Shown in pieces: positions 26,576 to 37,282 of a stretch of DNA of 43,370 nucleotides; positions within the stretch are counted from its first letter, which is position 1, and every line of letters begins with the position of its first letter. This DNA is from Acidilobaceae archaeon (GTDB lineage: Archaea > Thermoproteota > Thermoprotei_A > Sulfolobales > Acidilobaceae). The position numbers and the translations under genes are program-made. The DNA lies in assembly GCA_028276165.1 (NCBI GenBank), contig JAPYWV010000001.1, forward strand, positions 1 through 43,370. The letters run 5' to 3'. Below the pieces are notes generated by a model. That model was not told the DNA's origin and did no database searches. It worked only from the letters and a program-made list of their open reading frames with translations.

Positions 26576-28167
26576 TGCTAGAGAGGAGGAGGGAGGTTAG
26601 AGAGAGTCTTATTAGGTACCTTGCGAGATCCCTATGGTCGAACTTTAAGGAGGTATGGGCTTACAACCTAGGTAAGGTGAGTGTGCTAATAATAGGCTTT
26701 ATGGTCTTAGCCTCGATATACTCCCTTGTAACCCTACCACCAGATTTCCCTCAAATGTGGAGGGCCACCGATAGACCGCCTTGGACCTTAAACCCTAAGC
26801 AAGGCTACCCTGTATGGGTTAAATACCTGGGGATCCCGGTTTCAGAGACTGTTTCATACGATAATGTTAGGCTCCAGGAGGCTCGGATCGTGGTACCTAG
26901 GGGTCCAGGGGATTTCCCACCTAGAGACCTCGATAGGATCCTCCCAGAGTATAATAGGTCACTTGGCATTAAATCACTAGTACCGATAGGTTACATTGAG
27001 GTTTACAGGGTTAGCTATACTTTAACCAGCAACGTGTTTCCACAGGATGTGGTGGTCATACTGAGAGCTAAGGCTGGTGAGGGGGTTAACCTGACAGGTA
27101 TAAGTGTTATACCAATGGTGTTCGTGACGAGGCCCGATGGGCTAGTCCTCTACACCTTCGAGGGTAAGTATACACTGGAGAGGCTGGTTGCAGGTGTTGA
27201 GGTTAAGATGAGATGTGAGCTGTTTGCTACAAGCTACATAAGACATTATGGGTTAAACGCTACTGTTGATCGTGTCTGTACACTTTTAAATAGGCCCATA
27301 TTCGGGGAGCCGGTTGATGCCAGAGCATCAGATTTCAAACCTGTTACCGGAGAGTATCAGATCACCCTAGCTCTCTGGTATACTGGAGCAGATCCTAGGG
27401 TTGTAGAGAGGCTTATAAGTAAAGGTGACATAAGTGTTTCAACCAGTATTAGGGTTATCGGGAACAGCTACGGTCTCCTAGGCACGGATACCAAGGGTAG
27501 GGATTTGTTCCAAGGGCTAGTCTACGGGTTCCCAGTAGCCTTGATAATAGGGTTCTCTGTCGCCTTCGCCATCGTAGCCATAGGCCTCGTACTAGGTGTT
27601 ATTAGCGGGTATTTTGGTGGTAGGGTTGACGAGGTTATACAGAGGCTTGTCGACGTCATAGTTAATATACCACTACTACCCCTACTCATACTGGTAGGTG
27701 TGGCCATACAGACTGGAGGTTGGACTGGGTGGCCTGCACTAACCATTATAATGGCTGTTCTAGTAGCGTTCAGCTGGGGAGGAACCACGATCATAGTTAG
27801 AAGTATGACTCTAAGCATTAAAGCGGAGCCTTACGTTGAAGCCGCTAAAGCTCTAGGTGCCTCCACTTGGAGGATAGTGTTTAGACATATAATACCACAG
27901 ATTGTACCGTACGCAACAGCAGTCCTAGTCTTCAGCGTACCTGGAGCTATAATAGCCGAGGCTGGCTTAAGCGTACTAGGCATAGATCACGGCCTGCCAA
28001 CGTGGGGTAGGATTCTAGCTGATGCTCAGGCCGAGAGAGGTGTAGCTTATAAGATGTGGTGGTGGGTCCTACCACCGGGGCTAATGCTAGGCCTCTTCGG
28101 CTTCGCCTTCGTAGCCCTCGGCTTCACCCTTGAGACCATAGTTGAGCCTAGGCTTAGGAGGAGGTGA
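26575..28167 (+). CDS. oppC: Oligopeptide ABC permease with large extracellular insert
   Basis: LLGTDTKGRD, YVEAAKALGAS, EAGLSVLG and WWWVLPPG motifs. Confidence 0.93.
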   Translation: MLERRREVRESLIRYLARSLWSNFKEVWAYNLGKVSVLIIGFMVLASIYSLVTLPPDFPQMWRATDRPPWTLNPKQGYPVWVKYLGIPVSETVSYDNVRLQEARIVVPRGPGDFPPRDLDRILPEYNRSLGIKSLVPIGYIEVYRVSYTLTSNVFPQDVVVILRAKAGEGVNLTGISVIPMVFVTRPDGLVLYTFEGKYTLERLVAGVEVKMRCELFATSYIRHYGLNATVDRVCTLLNRPIFGEPVDARASDFKPVTGEYQITLALWYTGADPRVVERLISKGDISVSTSIRVIGNSYGLLGTDTKGRDLFQGLVYGFPVALIIGFSVAFAIVAIGLVLGVISGYFGGRVDEVIQRLVDVIVNIPLLPLLILVGVAIQTGGWTGWPALTIIMAVLVAFSWGGTTIIVRSMTLSIKAEPYVEAAKALGASTWRIVFRHIIPQIVPYATAVLVFSVPGAIIAEAGLSVLGIDHGLPTWGRILADAQAERGVAYKMWWWVLPPGLMLGLFGFAFVALGFTLETIVEPRLRRR

Positions 28168-28185
28168 GCAAGGATACCCCCTATC

Positions 28186-29280
28186 ATGAGGGTTGAGGAT
28201 CTAAGGGTTTGGTTCCCCGTTAGGAAGGGCATCATTGAGACCCTACTGGGTAGAGTTGAGTATGTGAGGGCTGTTGACGGTATATCGTTTAACGTCGAGA
28301 AGGCTGAAACCTTCTGCCTTGTCGGTGAGAGCGGTTGTGGTAAGACTACCACGGCTAGGGCTATAATGATGTTGGTTGATAGGAGTGATGTTAAGAGTGG
28401 TAGGGTGCTCTTCAGACCCCACGATGAGGTTTTAGAGGAGATAGCTAGGATACAGCCTAACGCTATCGTGGACGGGGAGTACGTTGACATCTACAAGACT
28501 AGGGGTAGGGCTGAGAAGCTTATTAGAAGGGAGGTTCAGATAATATTCCAGGACCCCTTCGGTAGCATTAACCCTAGGATGAAGGTGTACGATGTCGTCG
28601 AGGAGCCCCTAGTAGTCCACGGTATAGGTACCAGGGAGGAGAGGTTTGAAGCTGTAGCTAGGGCGCTTGAAGCAGTTAAGCTAACCCCACCAGAGGACTT
28701 CATGGCCAGGTACCCGCACCAGCTTAGTGGTGGTCAGAGGCAGAGGGTTGCGATCGCTAGAGCTCTAGTCCTAAACCCGAGCATGCTCTTAGCAGATGAG
28801 CCTGTATCAATGCTAGATGTATCGATTAGAGCCGAGGTCCTAGAGGTTTTCAACGAGCTTAAGACCAAGAGGGGGCTATCGCTGGTATTCATTACACACG
28901 ATATAGCTCTCGCAAGGTACATATGTGATAGGATAGCTGTAATGTACCTTGGGAAGATAGTTGAGGTTGCTAGAGCTGACGAGATAATAGAGAAGCCGTT
29001 ACACCCGTACACGAGGGCTCTGATAAGCGCTGTACCAGACGTGGTCCCAGAGAATAGGTTGAAGCTGAGATACGTGCCGATTAAAGGTGAGGTTCCAAGT
29101 GCCATAAGGATACCGGCTGGGTGCAGGTTCAGGCCTAGATGTGTAGCCTACGATGAGAACGAGTGGGTTAGAGGGTTCTGTGAGAGGGAGGAGCCTGGGT
29201 TAGTTGAGGTTGAGAGGGACCACTACGTGGCATGCTGGATACCGATAAAAAGGGGGCCTGAGGGCTCCAGCGTGAGTTGA
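28186..29280 (+). CDS. oppF: Oligopeptide ABC transporter ATP-binding protein
   Basis: GESGCGKTT, IIFQDPFGS, LSGGQRQR and ADEPVSMLDVS motifs. Confidence 0.93.
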   Translation: MRVEDLRVWFPVRKGIIETLLGRVEYVRAVDGISFNVEKAETFCLVGESGCGKTTTARAIMMLVDRSDVKSGRVLFRPHDEVLEEIARIQPNAIVDGEYVDIYKTRGRAEKLIRREVQIIFQDPFGSINPRMKVYDVVEEPLVVHGIGTREERFEAVARALEAVKLTPPEDFMARYPHQLSGGQRQRVAIARALVLNPSMLLADEPVSMLDVSIRAEVLEVFNELKTKRGLSLVFITHDIALARYICDRIAVMYLGKIVEVARADEIIEKPLHPYTRALISAVPDVVPENRLKLRYVPIKGEVPSAIRIPAGCRFRPRCVAYDENEWVRGFCEREEPGLVEVERDHYVACWIPIKRGPEGSSVS

Positions 29281-29290
29281 AGTAACCCCC

Positions 29291-31348
29291 TCATCTAGGC
29301 CCTTGAGCTCTCGACCTTGCCAGAACCTCTGCTACATCCATAACCTTGAAACCGTAGTTTTCAGCCTCCCCTCTAAACATTATGTTACAGTATGGGCATG
29401 CGACTACGACTACCCTCTCACCCTCACCAGCCTCGAGTGCTTTGTAGGCCTCCTCGGCTCTAACCTTGCTAATCCTCTCTCCAACCCTAACCTCGTAGAA
29501 CAACTGACCACCACCGCCTCCACAACAGAAGCTCCTCTCCCTACTCCTAGGCATCTCCACTAGTGTTAGCCTACGTACACCCCTTAGTATAGCTCTAGGC
29601 TCCTCGTACACGTTATTCCACCTCCCAAGGTAGCATGGGTCATGGTATGTCACTGTAGCCTTATAAGATCCCGGCTTCACCCTACCCTCTCTTATCAACC
29701 TCGCTAGCAGCATTGTATGGTGTTCTACGCTAGCAGACACCCTATCGACTATCCAAGCTTTATCCCCTAGCCTCCCCTCAAGGTAACCCTTGTACCTCCT
29801 ATACTCCCACCTGAACGCTGTGTAACAGTGGGGGCAGTTTACTAGGAGCTTCTCGAAGTCGTACTTTGAGAGAGCCTCTAGAGTATTCGAGGCTAGCTCT
29901 AGGAATAAAGCCTCCTCCCCCATCCTCAGGGCTGGATCCCCTGTACACAGGTTCTCCGGGATAACCGCAACCCTTACCCCAGCCTCTCTGAGGAGCTCTA
30001 GTAGGGATTCAGCTACACCCCTAACCCTAGGGTCTAGGCTTGTAGCACAACCAGGCCAGTACAGGTACTCGTATTTAACACCGGGCCTGGCCACCACCTC
30101 ATCCCCATACCTAGACCTTAGCTCCTCAAACCACTCATCCCTCGCTACAGGTGAGACCCCCATGGGGTTACCTAGGTGTTGCATGCTCTGAATGCTGTTG
30201 AGAACCCCCTCTGGTATGCTCTCATCGCCAACACTCATCATACCCCTCCTCACATCTATTATGGAGTCTACATGGTGTATGAGCACTGGGCACTCGTAGA
30301 CACATGCACCGCAGGTAACACAACTCCATATAGCCTCGCTACTAACACCACCATCACCCCAGGGCCTCCTATCCCATTCACCCTTGTACATTAGATCTCT
30401 TAGTGTGACGATAACAAGCCTAGGGTCGAGGGGTTTACCTGAGGCGTACGCGGGGCAAACGTTGGTACACCTCATACAGCTAGTACAGGCGTCCCAGTCG
30501 AGCCTCTGCTTCCACGTAGAGTACCTTAGCTCAGCTAACCCCAATGGTGTACCGCTGGAAAGCCTCTCATCCACGTCATTGTATGCTCTTAGGGCTCCAA
30601 CGGGGGGCCCGGGCCTGGCTAGGGCTATGTTGATGTTAGAGGCTACTATATGCCATAGGTTTGTGAATGGTATTAACGCTATAGCCAGCTGGGCTAACAC
30701 CATGTGGGTTACCCAGAGGATCCTATAGTAGAACTTGAGCTCGTCGAAGGAGAGCTGTGATGCTAGCATGTAGAAGGGGTAGCCTAGGGGGTCGAAGAGT
30801 GGTGACTCGAAGGAAGCCCTGTAGGCTGCAGCACTCATACCGTTTAAAGCGAACCCCGTGATGACAATGGCTATGAGGAGGCCGTGGACGACATAGTAGC
30901 CTGGATCCCTGGGGAGCCCGGGTGTAAGCCCATAATACCTCCTAACAATAGCAATACTACAACCCACTAGTACCAGGAGCCCAGCAATGTTGCCGAGGAG
31001 CTTGTACATCATCCAAACCCAGCCTACGAGGAAGGGGCCAATGTAGTAGTCTAAAGCCCTAAGAACGGTCATTATGAAAAGCCATAGGATACCAAGGAAT
31101 ATAGCGAGGTGCATTAAACCAGGAAACCTGTGCCTTAAAACCCTCCACTGAAGCAAACTGTATAGAACAATGTTTCTAAGCGAGCTACCTGGGTTGAATG
31201 AAAGCTTCTCACCGTACGCAGTCCACCTACGATAGGCCACGATGAGACTGTATAGGAGGATTGAAGCTGATATGAGGGCTGTAATGTAAACAAGTAGCTT
31301 GATATCCTCGACCATGAAATAGTGGCGTATCCCTACTTCGCTCAACAC
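29291..31348 (-). CDS. Membrane-bound Fe-S oxidoreductase (FadF/HdrD-like; NarI-like TM, 2x4Fe-4S, CCG domains)
   Basis: N-terminal TM helices with His residues, CTSCMRCTNVCP, CVTCGACVYECP, YHDPCYLGR and FCCGGGGG. Confidence 0.9.
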   Translation of the reverse strand: MLSEVGIRHYFMVEDIKLLVYITALISASILLYSLIVAYRRWTAYGEKLSFNPGSSLRNIVLYSLLQWRVLRHRFPGLMHLAIFLGILWLFIMTVLRALDYYIGPFLVGWVWMMYKLLGNIAGLLVLVGCSIAIVRRYYGLTPGLPRDPGYYVVHGLLIAIVITGFALNGMSAAAYRASFESPLFDPLGYPFYMLASQLSFDELKFYYRILWVTHMVLAQLAIALIPFTNLWHIVASNINIALARPGPPVGALRAYNDVDERLSSGTPLGLAELRYSTWKQRLDWDACTSCMRCTNVCPAYASGKPLDPRLVIVTLRDLMYKGEWDRRPWGDGGVSSEAIWSCVTCGACVYECPVLIHHVDSIIDVRRGMMSVGDESIPEGVLNSIQSMQHLGNPMGVSPVARDEWFEELRSRYGDEVVARPGVKYEYLYWPGCATSLDPRVRGVAESLLELLREAGVRVAVIPENLCTGDPALRMGEEALFLELASNTLEALSKYDFEKLLVNCPHCYTAFRWEYRRYKGYLEGRLGDKAWIVDRVSASVEHHTMLLARLIREGRVKPGSYKATVTYHDPCYLGRWNNVYEEPRAILRGVRRLTLVEMPRSRERSFCCGGGGGQLFYEVRVGERISKVRAEEAYKALEAGEGERVVVVACPYCNIMFRGEAENYGFKVMDVAEVLARSRAQGPR

Positions 31349-31484
31349 CGGGCACCCTGCTGTAATGTAGCATGTGATGGTTTAAATCCTTATGTATAGT
31401 AGTATACAGTGTTGGGGTTGCATTCAACCTTCTACCGTATAGCATTTATACCCCTACATAACACCTAGTGTTAGGGTCACCGGT

Positions 31485-32381
31485 ATGACGTTTAAGCTGC
31501 TAGGATCGGATGTTGATAAGCTTGTCGATGTAAAGGGTTTAATAGCTCTTATTGAGAAAGCCCTGGTGGAATCCCCTAAGCCTCCTCCTAGGACTTCCCT
31601 CGAGTACCTCGGCTCATGGTTTGGTGTTATGCCAGCCTCCGGGCTAGGCTACTATGTTGTTAAGATTGTTGGAGTTTACCCCGAGAACCCTAGTAGGGGT
31701 TTGCCGCTTGTTAGGGGTACCCTCCTCCTCTACGATCCTAGGAGTGGTGATCTGCTACTAGAGGCTGATGCGGGGCCGGCTACCGGTTGGAGAACTGCTA
31801 CCACAACATTGATAGCGTTAAGTCTTATGGGCTACTCTGGTGGAGCTCTAGGCGTTATTGGCGCTGGTGTTCAGGCACGCTACCACCTTGAGGTTATTAG
31901 GAGGACTGTAGGCTACGATAGGCTCCTGGTATACGATGTAATTAGGGCTAGGGCTGAGGCTCTAGCTAGGGAGTATGATGGTAGGGTAGCTAGTAGCCTT
32001 AGGGAGTTACTTGAAGCCTCTGATACGATAGTGGCAGCCACCACTAGCAGAGAGCCTGTGGTTTTAAACTCCTACGTTAGAGGTGGAGCTCTAGTAGCGA
32101 GTATCGGGGCCCCGAGGCCCGTGAGGGAGCTTGACCCGGAGCTGGTCAGGAGGGGTAGGTGTCTACTAGTGGATACAAGGGAGGGGGTTACTAGTGAGAG
32201 TGATGACTGGGTTGGAGCTGAGAGGTTGGTGGAGCTCTCCGAAGCTCTAAAGGGGGCTAGGTGTGAGTGGGGTGATATTAGGGTTTACAAGAGTGTTGGC
32301 TACTCACTATTAGACCTGGCTATAGCGGTACACCTCTACGAGAGGGCTAGGAGCTTGCTAGGAGCTCCCTCACAGTCTTAA
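31485..32381 (+). CDS. Ornithine cyclodeaminase/mu-crystallin family protein
   Basis: VMPA, TGWRTA, GVIGAGVQA and YKSVG…DLA motifs. Confidence 0.9.
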   Translation: MTFKLLGSDVDKLVDVKGLIALIEKALVESPKPPPRTSLEYLGSWFGVMPASGLGYYVVKIVGVYPENPSRGLPLVRGTLLLYDPRSGDLLLEADAGPATGWRTATTTLIALSLMGYSGGALGVIGAGVQARYHLEVIRRTVGYDRLLVYDVIRARAEALAREYDGRVASSLRELLEASDTIVAATTSREPVVLNSYVRGGALVASIGAPRPVRELDPELVRRGRCLLVDTREGVTSESDDWVGAERLVELSEALKGARCEWGDIRVYKSVGYSLLDLAIAVHLYERARSLLGAPSQS

Positions 32382-33105
32382 ACCTATAGCCATGGGATCT
32401 AAGGTGGTCTATGAGCCTACCAAGGTTACGTAGAACTCCACCCCCAACCCCCATGGTTAGATCTGGTCTAATGCTACACTTCAACCTCACAACCTCCCAT
32501 GGGTGTAGTAGTATCACGTAGTTAGGCCCAGGTCTGAAGAGGGACTTAAGGGTGGTCCATGGGAGTCTTAGAACGCTACTAGGGTAGCTCACTGGGACCC
32601 TCAGGACGCCATACTCCATGGTAGTGTTAAACCTAAAGGGTGGCTTGTACCATGCAGCGCTCGAGTCAACCCTTACACCTTGAAGTCTAAGAGCTGGTAG
32701 CAGGCTTAATGGGAGCTTGAGGTTAGGAGCTCTAAAGCTTACAACATCGTAGTACTCCCTTAAGAGTCTGAGACTCGACCATATGTTGTAGATTGCGTCC
32801 CGGAAGGGTAGCCGGTCAAGCCTCCTATGATCTAAACCGTGGCTCCCGAGCTCGTGGCCTAGGTCTAGGATGGCTTCCAGAGCTCTAGGCCTCCTAACAG
32901 CTAGGATGCCTAGGGTGAAGAAGGTAGCTTTAACCCCCTTGTCCTCGAGTAGTTCGAGTATAGCTGGGAGGCCCTCATCAACCCCCCTCCATCCATCCAT
33001 GTAGGGTGGAGCGTCCATCTCGACATCGAAGGTTACCATAGCCCAGGGACCCTCATCACCATCTCCAGCCTCGGAAGCCCTCCTCTCAACCTCTACTCTC
33101 ATCAC
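32347..33105 (-). CDS. Polysaccharide deacetylase (NodB/CE4)
   Basis: VTFDVE, KATFF, HELGSHGLDH, SFRAP and LHPWE motifs. Confidence 0.9.
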   Translation of the reverse strand: MMRVEVERRASEAGDGDEGPWAMVTFDVEMDAPPYMDGWRGVDEGLPAILELLEDKGVKATFFTLGILAVRRPRALEAILDLGHELGSHGLDHRRLDRLPFRDAIYNIWSSLRLLREYYDVVSFRAPNLKLPLSLLPALRLQGVRVDSSAAWYKPPFRFNTTMEYGVLRVPVSYPSSVLRLPWTTLKSLFRPGPNYVILLHPWEVVRLKCSIRPDLTMGVGGGVLRNLGRLIDHLRSHGYRFKTVRELLASS

Positions 33106-34219
33106 GAACCCTCTCCAACAACCTGTAGATTGCTACATACCTGTTAGCTATTACGTTGCAATCTAACATCCTAACCCTCTGCTCAGCGTTAAAACCGAGT
33201 CTCTTCACGAGATCCCTGTCTAACGCTAGGCTAGCTGTAAGCCTAGCTAGCTCCTCATCGCTATCAGCTAGAAGTCCTGTAACACCATCAACTACAACCT
33301 CTGGAACCCCACCACTCCTATAGGCTACAACTGGAACCCTGGATGCCATAGCCTCTAGGATGGAGACGCTAAAAGCCTCCATTTTACCGGGGAGCACGAA
33401 TATATCCGATGACCATAGGAGCCTCCTGACATCACCCCTGCTAAGAGCCCCTAGGAACACTATGTTCTTCAAACTCCTAGCTTTAACCCTACGTTCAAGT
33501 GGTCTCCTGAGAGGACCGTCACCAGCAATGTACATCTTAGCTCTTGGAGCCTCCCTAGCTAGAACCTCAGCCACTCTAACCAGTACCAAGGGGTTCTTCC
33601 TATGAGTGAACCTTATAGCTGAGGCTATCACCGGGTCCCCTTCAAGCTCCATACCCTCATCTTCCCTCCTAGCCCACTCATCTACGATTACACAGTTGTG
33701 TATAACAGCGACCTTGCTAACCTTAAGCCTCCTAATAACATCCATGGCTACGGCTCTACTAACAGCTGTGACCATATCAACTCTCCTAAGGGCGAGCTTT
33801 AACCCTTCGACAACGTAGGGAGGCGTATCACTGCCTATGAAGGAGTGTGCTGTCACCAGGGATGGTGTCTTGATAGCCTTAGATCCTAGTAGGGCTCCAG
33901 CTATCGATAGTGTTGAGAAGGTCCCATGCCCGTGGATCACATCGGGGTCAAGGCTTTTAAGCAACTTGTACAGGGCAACTCCGGTAGACGGGTTTAGGGT
34001 TACGCCACTGTAGTTGAACCTCCTAGACTTCAACCTGATAGTAGTGTAGCCCGCGCTATCCTCATAAACATAGGTTTTACGGATGGCCTTAGATGATGTT
34101 ACGACGTAGACTTCATGCGATCTGGACATGACCTTAGCTAGATCGCATACAACACTCTCGATACCACCAATCTTTGGTTTAAAGCTATCCGTTACCATAA
34201 CTACTCTCAAGGGAGACAC
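33086..34219 (-). CDS. GT4 glycosyltransferase, PIG-A-like
   Basis: MVTDSFKPKIGGIES, IHGHGTFS, TAHS, AGDGPLR and EAFSVSILEAMA (EX7E) motifs. Confidence 0.9.
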   Translation of the reverse strand: MSPLRVVMVTDSFKPKIGGIESVVCDLAKVMSRSHEVYVVTSSKAIRKTYVYEDSAGYTTIRLKSRRFNYSGVTLNPSTGVALYKLLKSLDPDVIHGHGTFSTLSIAGALLGSKAIKTPSLVTAHSFIGSDTPPYVVEGLKLALRRVDMVTAVSRAVAMDVIRRLKVSKVAVIHNCVIVDEWARREDEGMELEGDPVIASAIRFTHRKNPLVLVRVAEVLAREAPRAKMYIAGDGPLRRPLERRVKARSLKNIVFLGALSRGDVRRLLWSSDIFVLPGKMEAFSVSILEAMASRVPVVAYRSGGVPEVVVDGVTGLLADSDEELARLTASLALDRDLVKRLGFNAEQRVRMLDCNVIANRYVAIYRLLERVRDESRG

Positions 34220-35030
34220 CCCTAGTGGCGGCCTTCAAGACGCTAATACCACCTCTATGGAGTACTATGAGGGCTCCTATAACGCTGGGTATGATTGTTG
34301 ATACAAGCCTCTCACCTAGAACTATCAATGTCGCGTCGCCTAAGGGGATACCCGCTAACCTCATATAGCCTATGAAGCCACCCTCAAGGACTCCGATACC
34401 GGCAGGTGTGGGGGAGAATCTTGAAGCTACATGTATCACTGTTAACCCCAGGGCTGTTGTTAAGGCTAGGCTTACGTTGAAGGCCGAGGCTACAACTATT
34501 ATCCTAGCAGTATCCAGAATCCATATCATGAGCGAGAGTACTAGGACTAGAAGTAGACGAGGGGGGCTTGAAGCTAGATCCCTAGTAGCCCTAGCCATCC
34601 CCCACATGTAGTCTCTAAGCCTATCGACCAAGGCTACGCTTACCACGGATAACTTGAGCACTGTGCCCGTGGATAGGCTAAGGTAGATTAACGCTATGGG
34701 GAGCTCCGAGGCCCTCTCAGCGAGAGCCCCTACAAGTAGCCTAGCAGACTCAACCCTAAGCCTTAGACTAGCCCAGCCTACCCTAGCAAGCTCACCTGTA
34801 ATGTTGTAGAATGTGAGTACGTTGTTAACAAGGATACCTACAAGGAGGGACTCAGCCCCACCAACTACATTGTGTAAGCTGTGGGGAAGCCTTGAAGCCG
34901 TAATCCACCTAAGGGATGAGATCATAAGGGATAGGGTGTAGATGAGGATAGCTAGTGCCAAGAGGTAAACGTTAGACCTCTCTATCACTAAGCTAGCATA
35001 ATCCAACAGGGGCTCCATCAGCCCAATCAT
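34185..35030 (-). CDS. Lysylphosphatidylglycerol-synthase-TM / UPF0104 flippase-like membrane protein
   Basis: SLRW, NNVL…GELAR and PTPAGIGVLE motifs; multiple TM helices. Confidence 0.85.
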   Translation of the reverse strand: MIGLMEPLLDYASLVIERSNVYLLALAILIYTLSLMISSLRWITASRLPHSLHNVVGGAESLLVGILVNNVLTFYNITGELARVGWASLRLRVESARLLVGALAERASELPIALIYLSLSTGTVLKLSVVSVALVDRLRDYMWGMARATRDLASSPPRLLLVLVLSLMIWILDTARIIVVASAFNVSLALTTALGLTVIHVASRFSPTPAGIGVLEGGFIGYMRLAGIPLGDATLIVLGERLVSTIIPSVIGALIVLHRGGISVLKAATRGVSLESSYGNG

Positions 35031-35085
35031 CGTTAAGCCCCGCCCTCAGCCTTAAGCAAACTCAAAAATTATAGAAGGGTTGAGG

Positions 35086-37161
35086 CTATAAAAGTTTTGC
35101 GCTTAAAAAAGCCCTCCTCCTAGCTAGCAGGGATACCAGTATAGCTACTAACACTAGTACTACTATAATCACTACCACCCAGGTGCTAGTTGTTACAGCT
35201 CCTGTAGGGGTTGATGCTACAATCATAGGGGTGGTTGGGGGTGTTTCGAGCTGGGTTGTTCTAGGTGTTTCCGCTACCGGTGTCCCCGTAACAGGCTGCA
35301 CCTGGGTCGGAGTTTCAACCTTAGGCATTTCTGTTGCTGGCACTGCTACCTGGAATGCTAGCTTCTCCTCTCTAATATTACCCCTAAGGTCTACGGCTTG
35401 TATTACTAGTTCATAGTTTCCTGGCTCAGCAACCCTTACTATGATCCTGAACTGGGTTGGATCGATGGTCCTCTGCGCCTCTACAACACCTCTGGGAGCT
35501 CCATTAACCTTTATGATAGCTATTACACGCTCCAAACCCCACCCTGTATCTGATGCCTCAACGTTTACAACAAGAGCTCTACCTAGTGCGGGCTCCCTAG
35601 GGCTCATAGACATTATCCTTAGGTGTGGAGGCTCCCTATCATCGTAGGAGGCTACTGTAATCCTACCATGGCCTGTTAGGTTCGCGTGGATTTTAACAAG
35701 GTAGTAGAGGCCTAGATCGTACCTTTTAACCCCGTGGATCCTCCACTCGTCACCGTAGATCTTGTAGGAGTCTAGGGGGGCTGTCTTGTTTAGGTAGAAC
35801 ACTAGTGTGATGTTACCCACGTCGAACTCCCTGAACTTTGTGGTGTTGAAGAACCATGATACAGCCTTGTTGGCTGGATCAGTAACCTCGAAGACTAGGA
35901 ACCCCTCTGTGTTCATGCTACCACTTGTAGGCGTATACACTCTACCAATGGGGGTTAGGGGTTTAACTTCGCCTCTCGATATCTCTACAACCTTCATACC
36001 CCAATAGTAGCCCTCCGGGTAGCCGTGGTTAGCTGTGGTTGTGGTTATAAAGTAGACCTTGGATCCATCGGATCTCACGTAGATAGCATCAGCATCCCTG
36101 TGAACGTGCCCGGCTAGTACAGCGATAACGTTCTTGTACCTCTCCACTATGCTAAGTAGCCTTACAGCCTGCTCCCACCCTGCATCACGCCAACTACTGT
36201 AAATGTACCTCCTCAAATCCTCAGGCTTCCCCCTGTACTCACCAGCGTTGGTGAACAGGGGGTGGTGCATTAGGATGATCACCGTCTTATCAGCATTACC
36301 TGCTACAACCTCCTCAAGACGATCTAGCTGCCACATCTCAGGGTAGCCCTCCATCCTGGTATCAATGCCTACGAAGAGGAAGTCCCCGTAGGTGAAACTC
36401 CAGAACCTAAGTGGTACAACATACCTACCATAGAACCTCTCTACGAGAAGCCTAGTGCTATCAACCTGAGCCCAGTCATGGTTACCTGTAATGGCTAGCT
36501 GGGGTGCCTGGACCTGGCTTACAATCCTGAAGAAGTCCCTATAGGATCTAATATCGGTGCCAACATCTATCAAGTCTCCGGTGTAGACTACAATGTTAAC
36601 ACCAAGCCTCTCAACCAAAGTGTTAAGTAGGGCTACGTAACGGGTATGCTTAAAGTTATTAGGGTGACCCCCCTGCTCGGCCCCAAAATGAGTATCAGTT
36701 AGATGAGCGACCCTAATGGTGCCACGCGGCCCTCCACCACTATGGACTATAACGCTATTAGGCATCCACAGTAGACCTCTATCACTCTCAACTATTATCG
36801 TGTAGAGTCCATCACCTACATCCCGGGGGGCTCTGAACACTAGCTTGGCAACCTCAAACTTGTAGGTAGGGTCGACTTCTATAACACCCCTCCGTAGCCC
36901 CTCGAAGGAGAGCTCATAGTGTCCACTAACACCGTATATGTAGGCTCTCCTCACATCTATCACATCAACACCTCTAATGCTAACCTCTAGGACGTCACCG
37001 GGCTTGATGGCAACGGGTAGGAGGTACGAGGGGAGGACGATGTACGGCTCGCTTAGAGTAGCCACGCCTGGGACGTAGGCTACGGTGATGTGAGTCATGA
37101 GTATAGCTAGGAGGAGGACCGCGGAGATCGCGGGGAGCCTTGGAGAGGTGGAGTTGCTCAT
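35086..37161 (-). CDS. Secreted metallophosphoesterase with Ig-like domain, Thr/Pro linker and C-terminal TM anchor
   Basis: HLTDTHFG, TGDLID, GNHD, MHHP and AGHVH calcineurin-like motifs; signal peptide. Confidence 0.9.
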   Translation of the reverse strand: MSNSTSPRLPAISAVLLLAILMTHITVAYVPGVATLSEPYIVLPSYLLPVAIKPGDVLEVSIRGVDVIDVRRAYIYGVSGHYELSFEGLRRGVIEVDPTYKFEVAKLVFRAPRDVGDGLYTIIVESDRGLLWMPNSVIVHSGGGPRGTIRVAHLTDTHFGAEQGGHPNNFKHTRYVALLNTLVERLGVNIVVYTGDLIDVGTDIRSYRDFFRIVSQVQAPQLAITGNHDWAQVDSTRLLVERFYGRYVVPLRFWSFTYGDFLFVGIDTRMEGYPEMWQLDRLEEVVAGNADKTVIILMHHPLFTNAGEYRGKPEDLRRYIYSSWRDAGWEQAVRLLSIVERYKNVIAVLAGHVHRDADAIYVRSDGSKVYFITTTTANHGYPEGYYWGMKVVEISRGEVKPLTPIGRVYTPTSGSMNTEGFLVFEVTDPANKAVSWFFNTTKFREFDVGNITLVFYLNKTAPLDSYKIYGDEWRIHGVKRYDLGLYYLVKIHANLTGHGRITVASYDDREPPHLRIMSMSPREPALGRALVVNVEASDTGWGLERVIAIIKVNGAPRGVVEAQRTIDPTQFRIIVRVAEPGNYELVIQAVDLRGNIREEKLAFQVAVPATEMPKVETPTQVQPVTGTPVAETPRTTQLETPPTTPMIVASTPTGAVTTSTWVVVIIVVLVLVAILVSLLARRRAFLSAKLL

Positions 37162-37282
37162 ACCCTCACACCTTGTAACCTGCTATTAAACAGCTAGCTA
37201 TTAACTGTTTCCTATATAAGCTAAATAGCCTGAGATTGATTGAAGCTGATCAACGTGAAAGCTCCTAAGCCGGCCTACCCCC

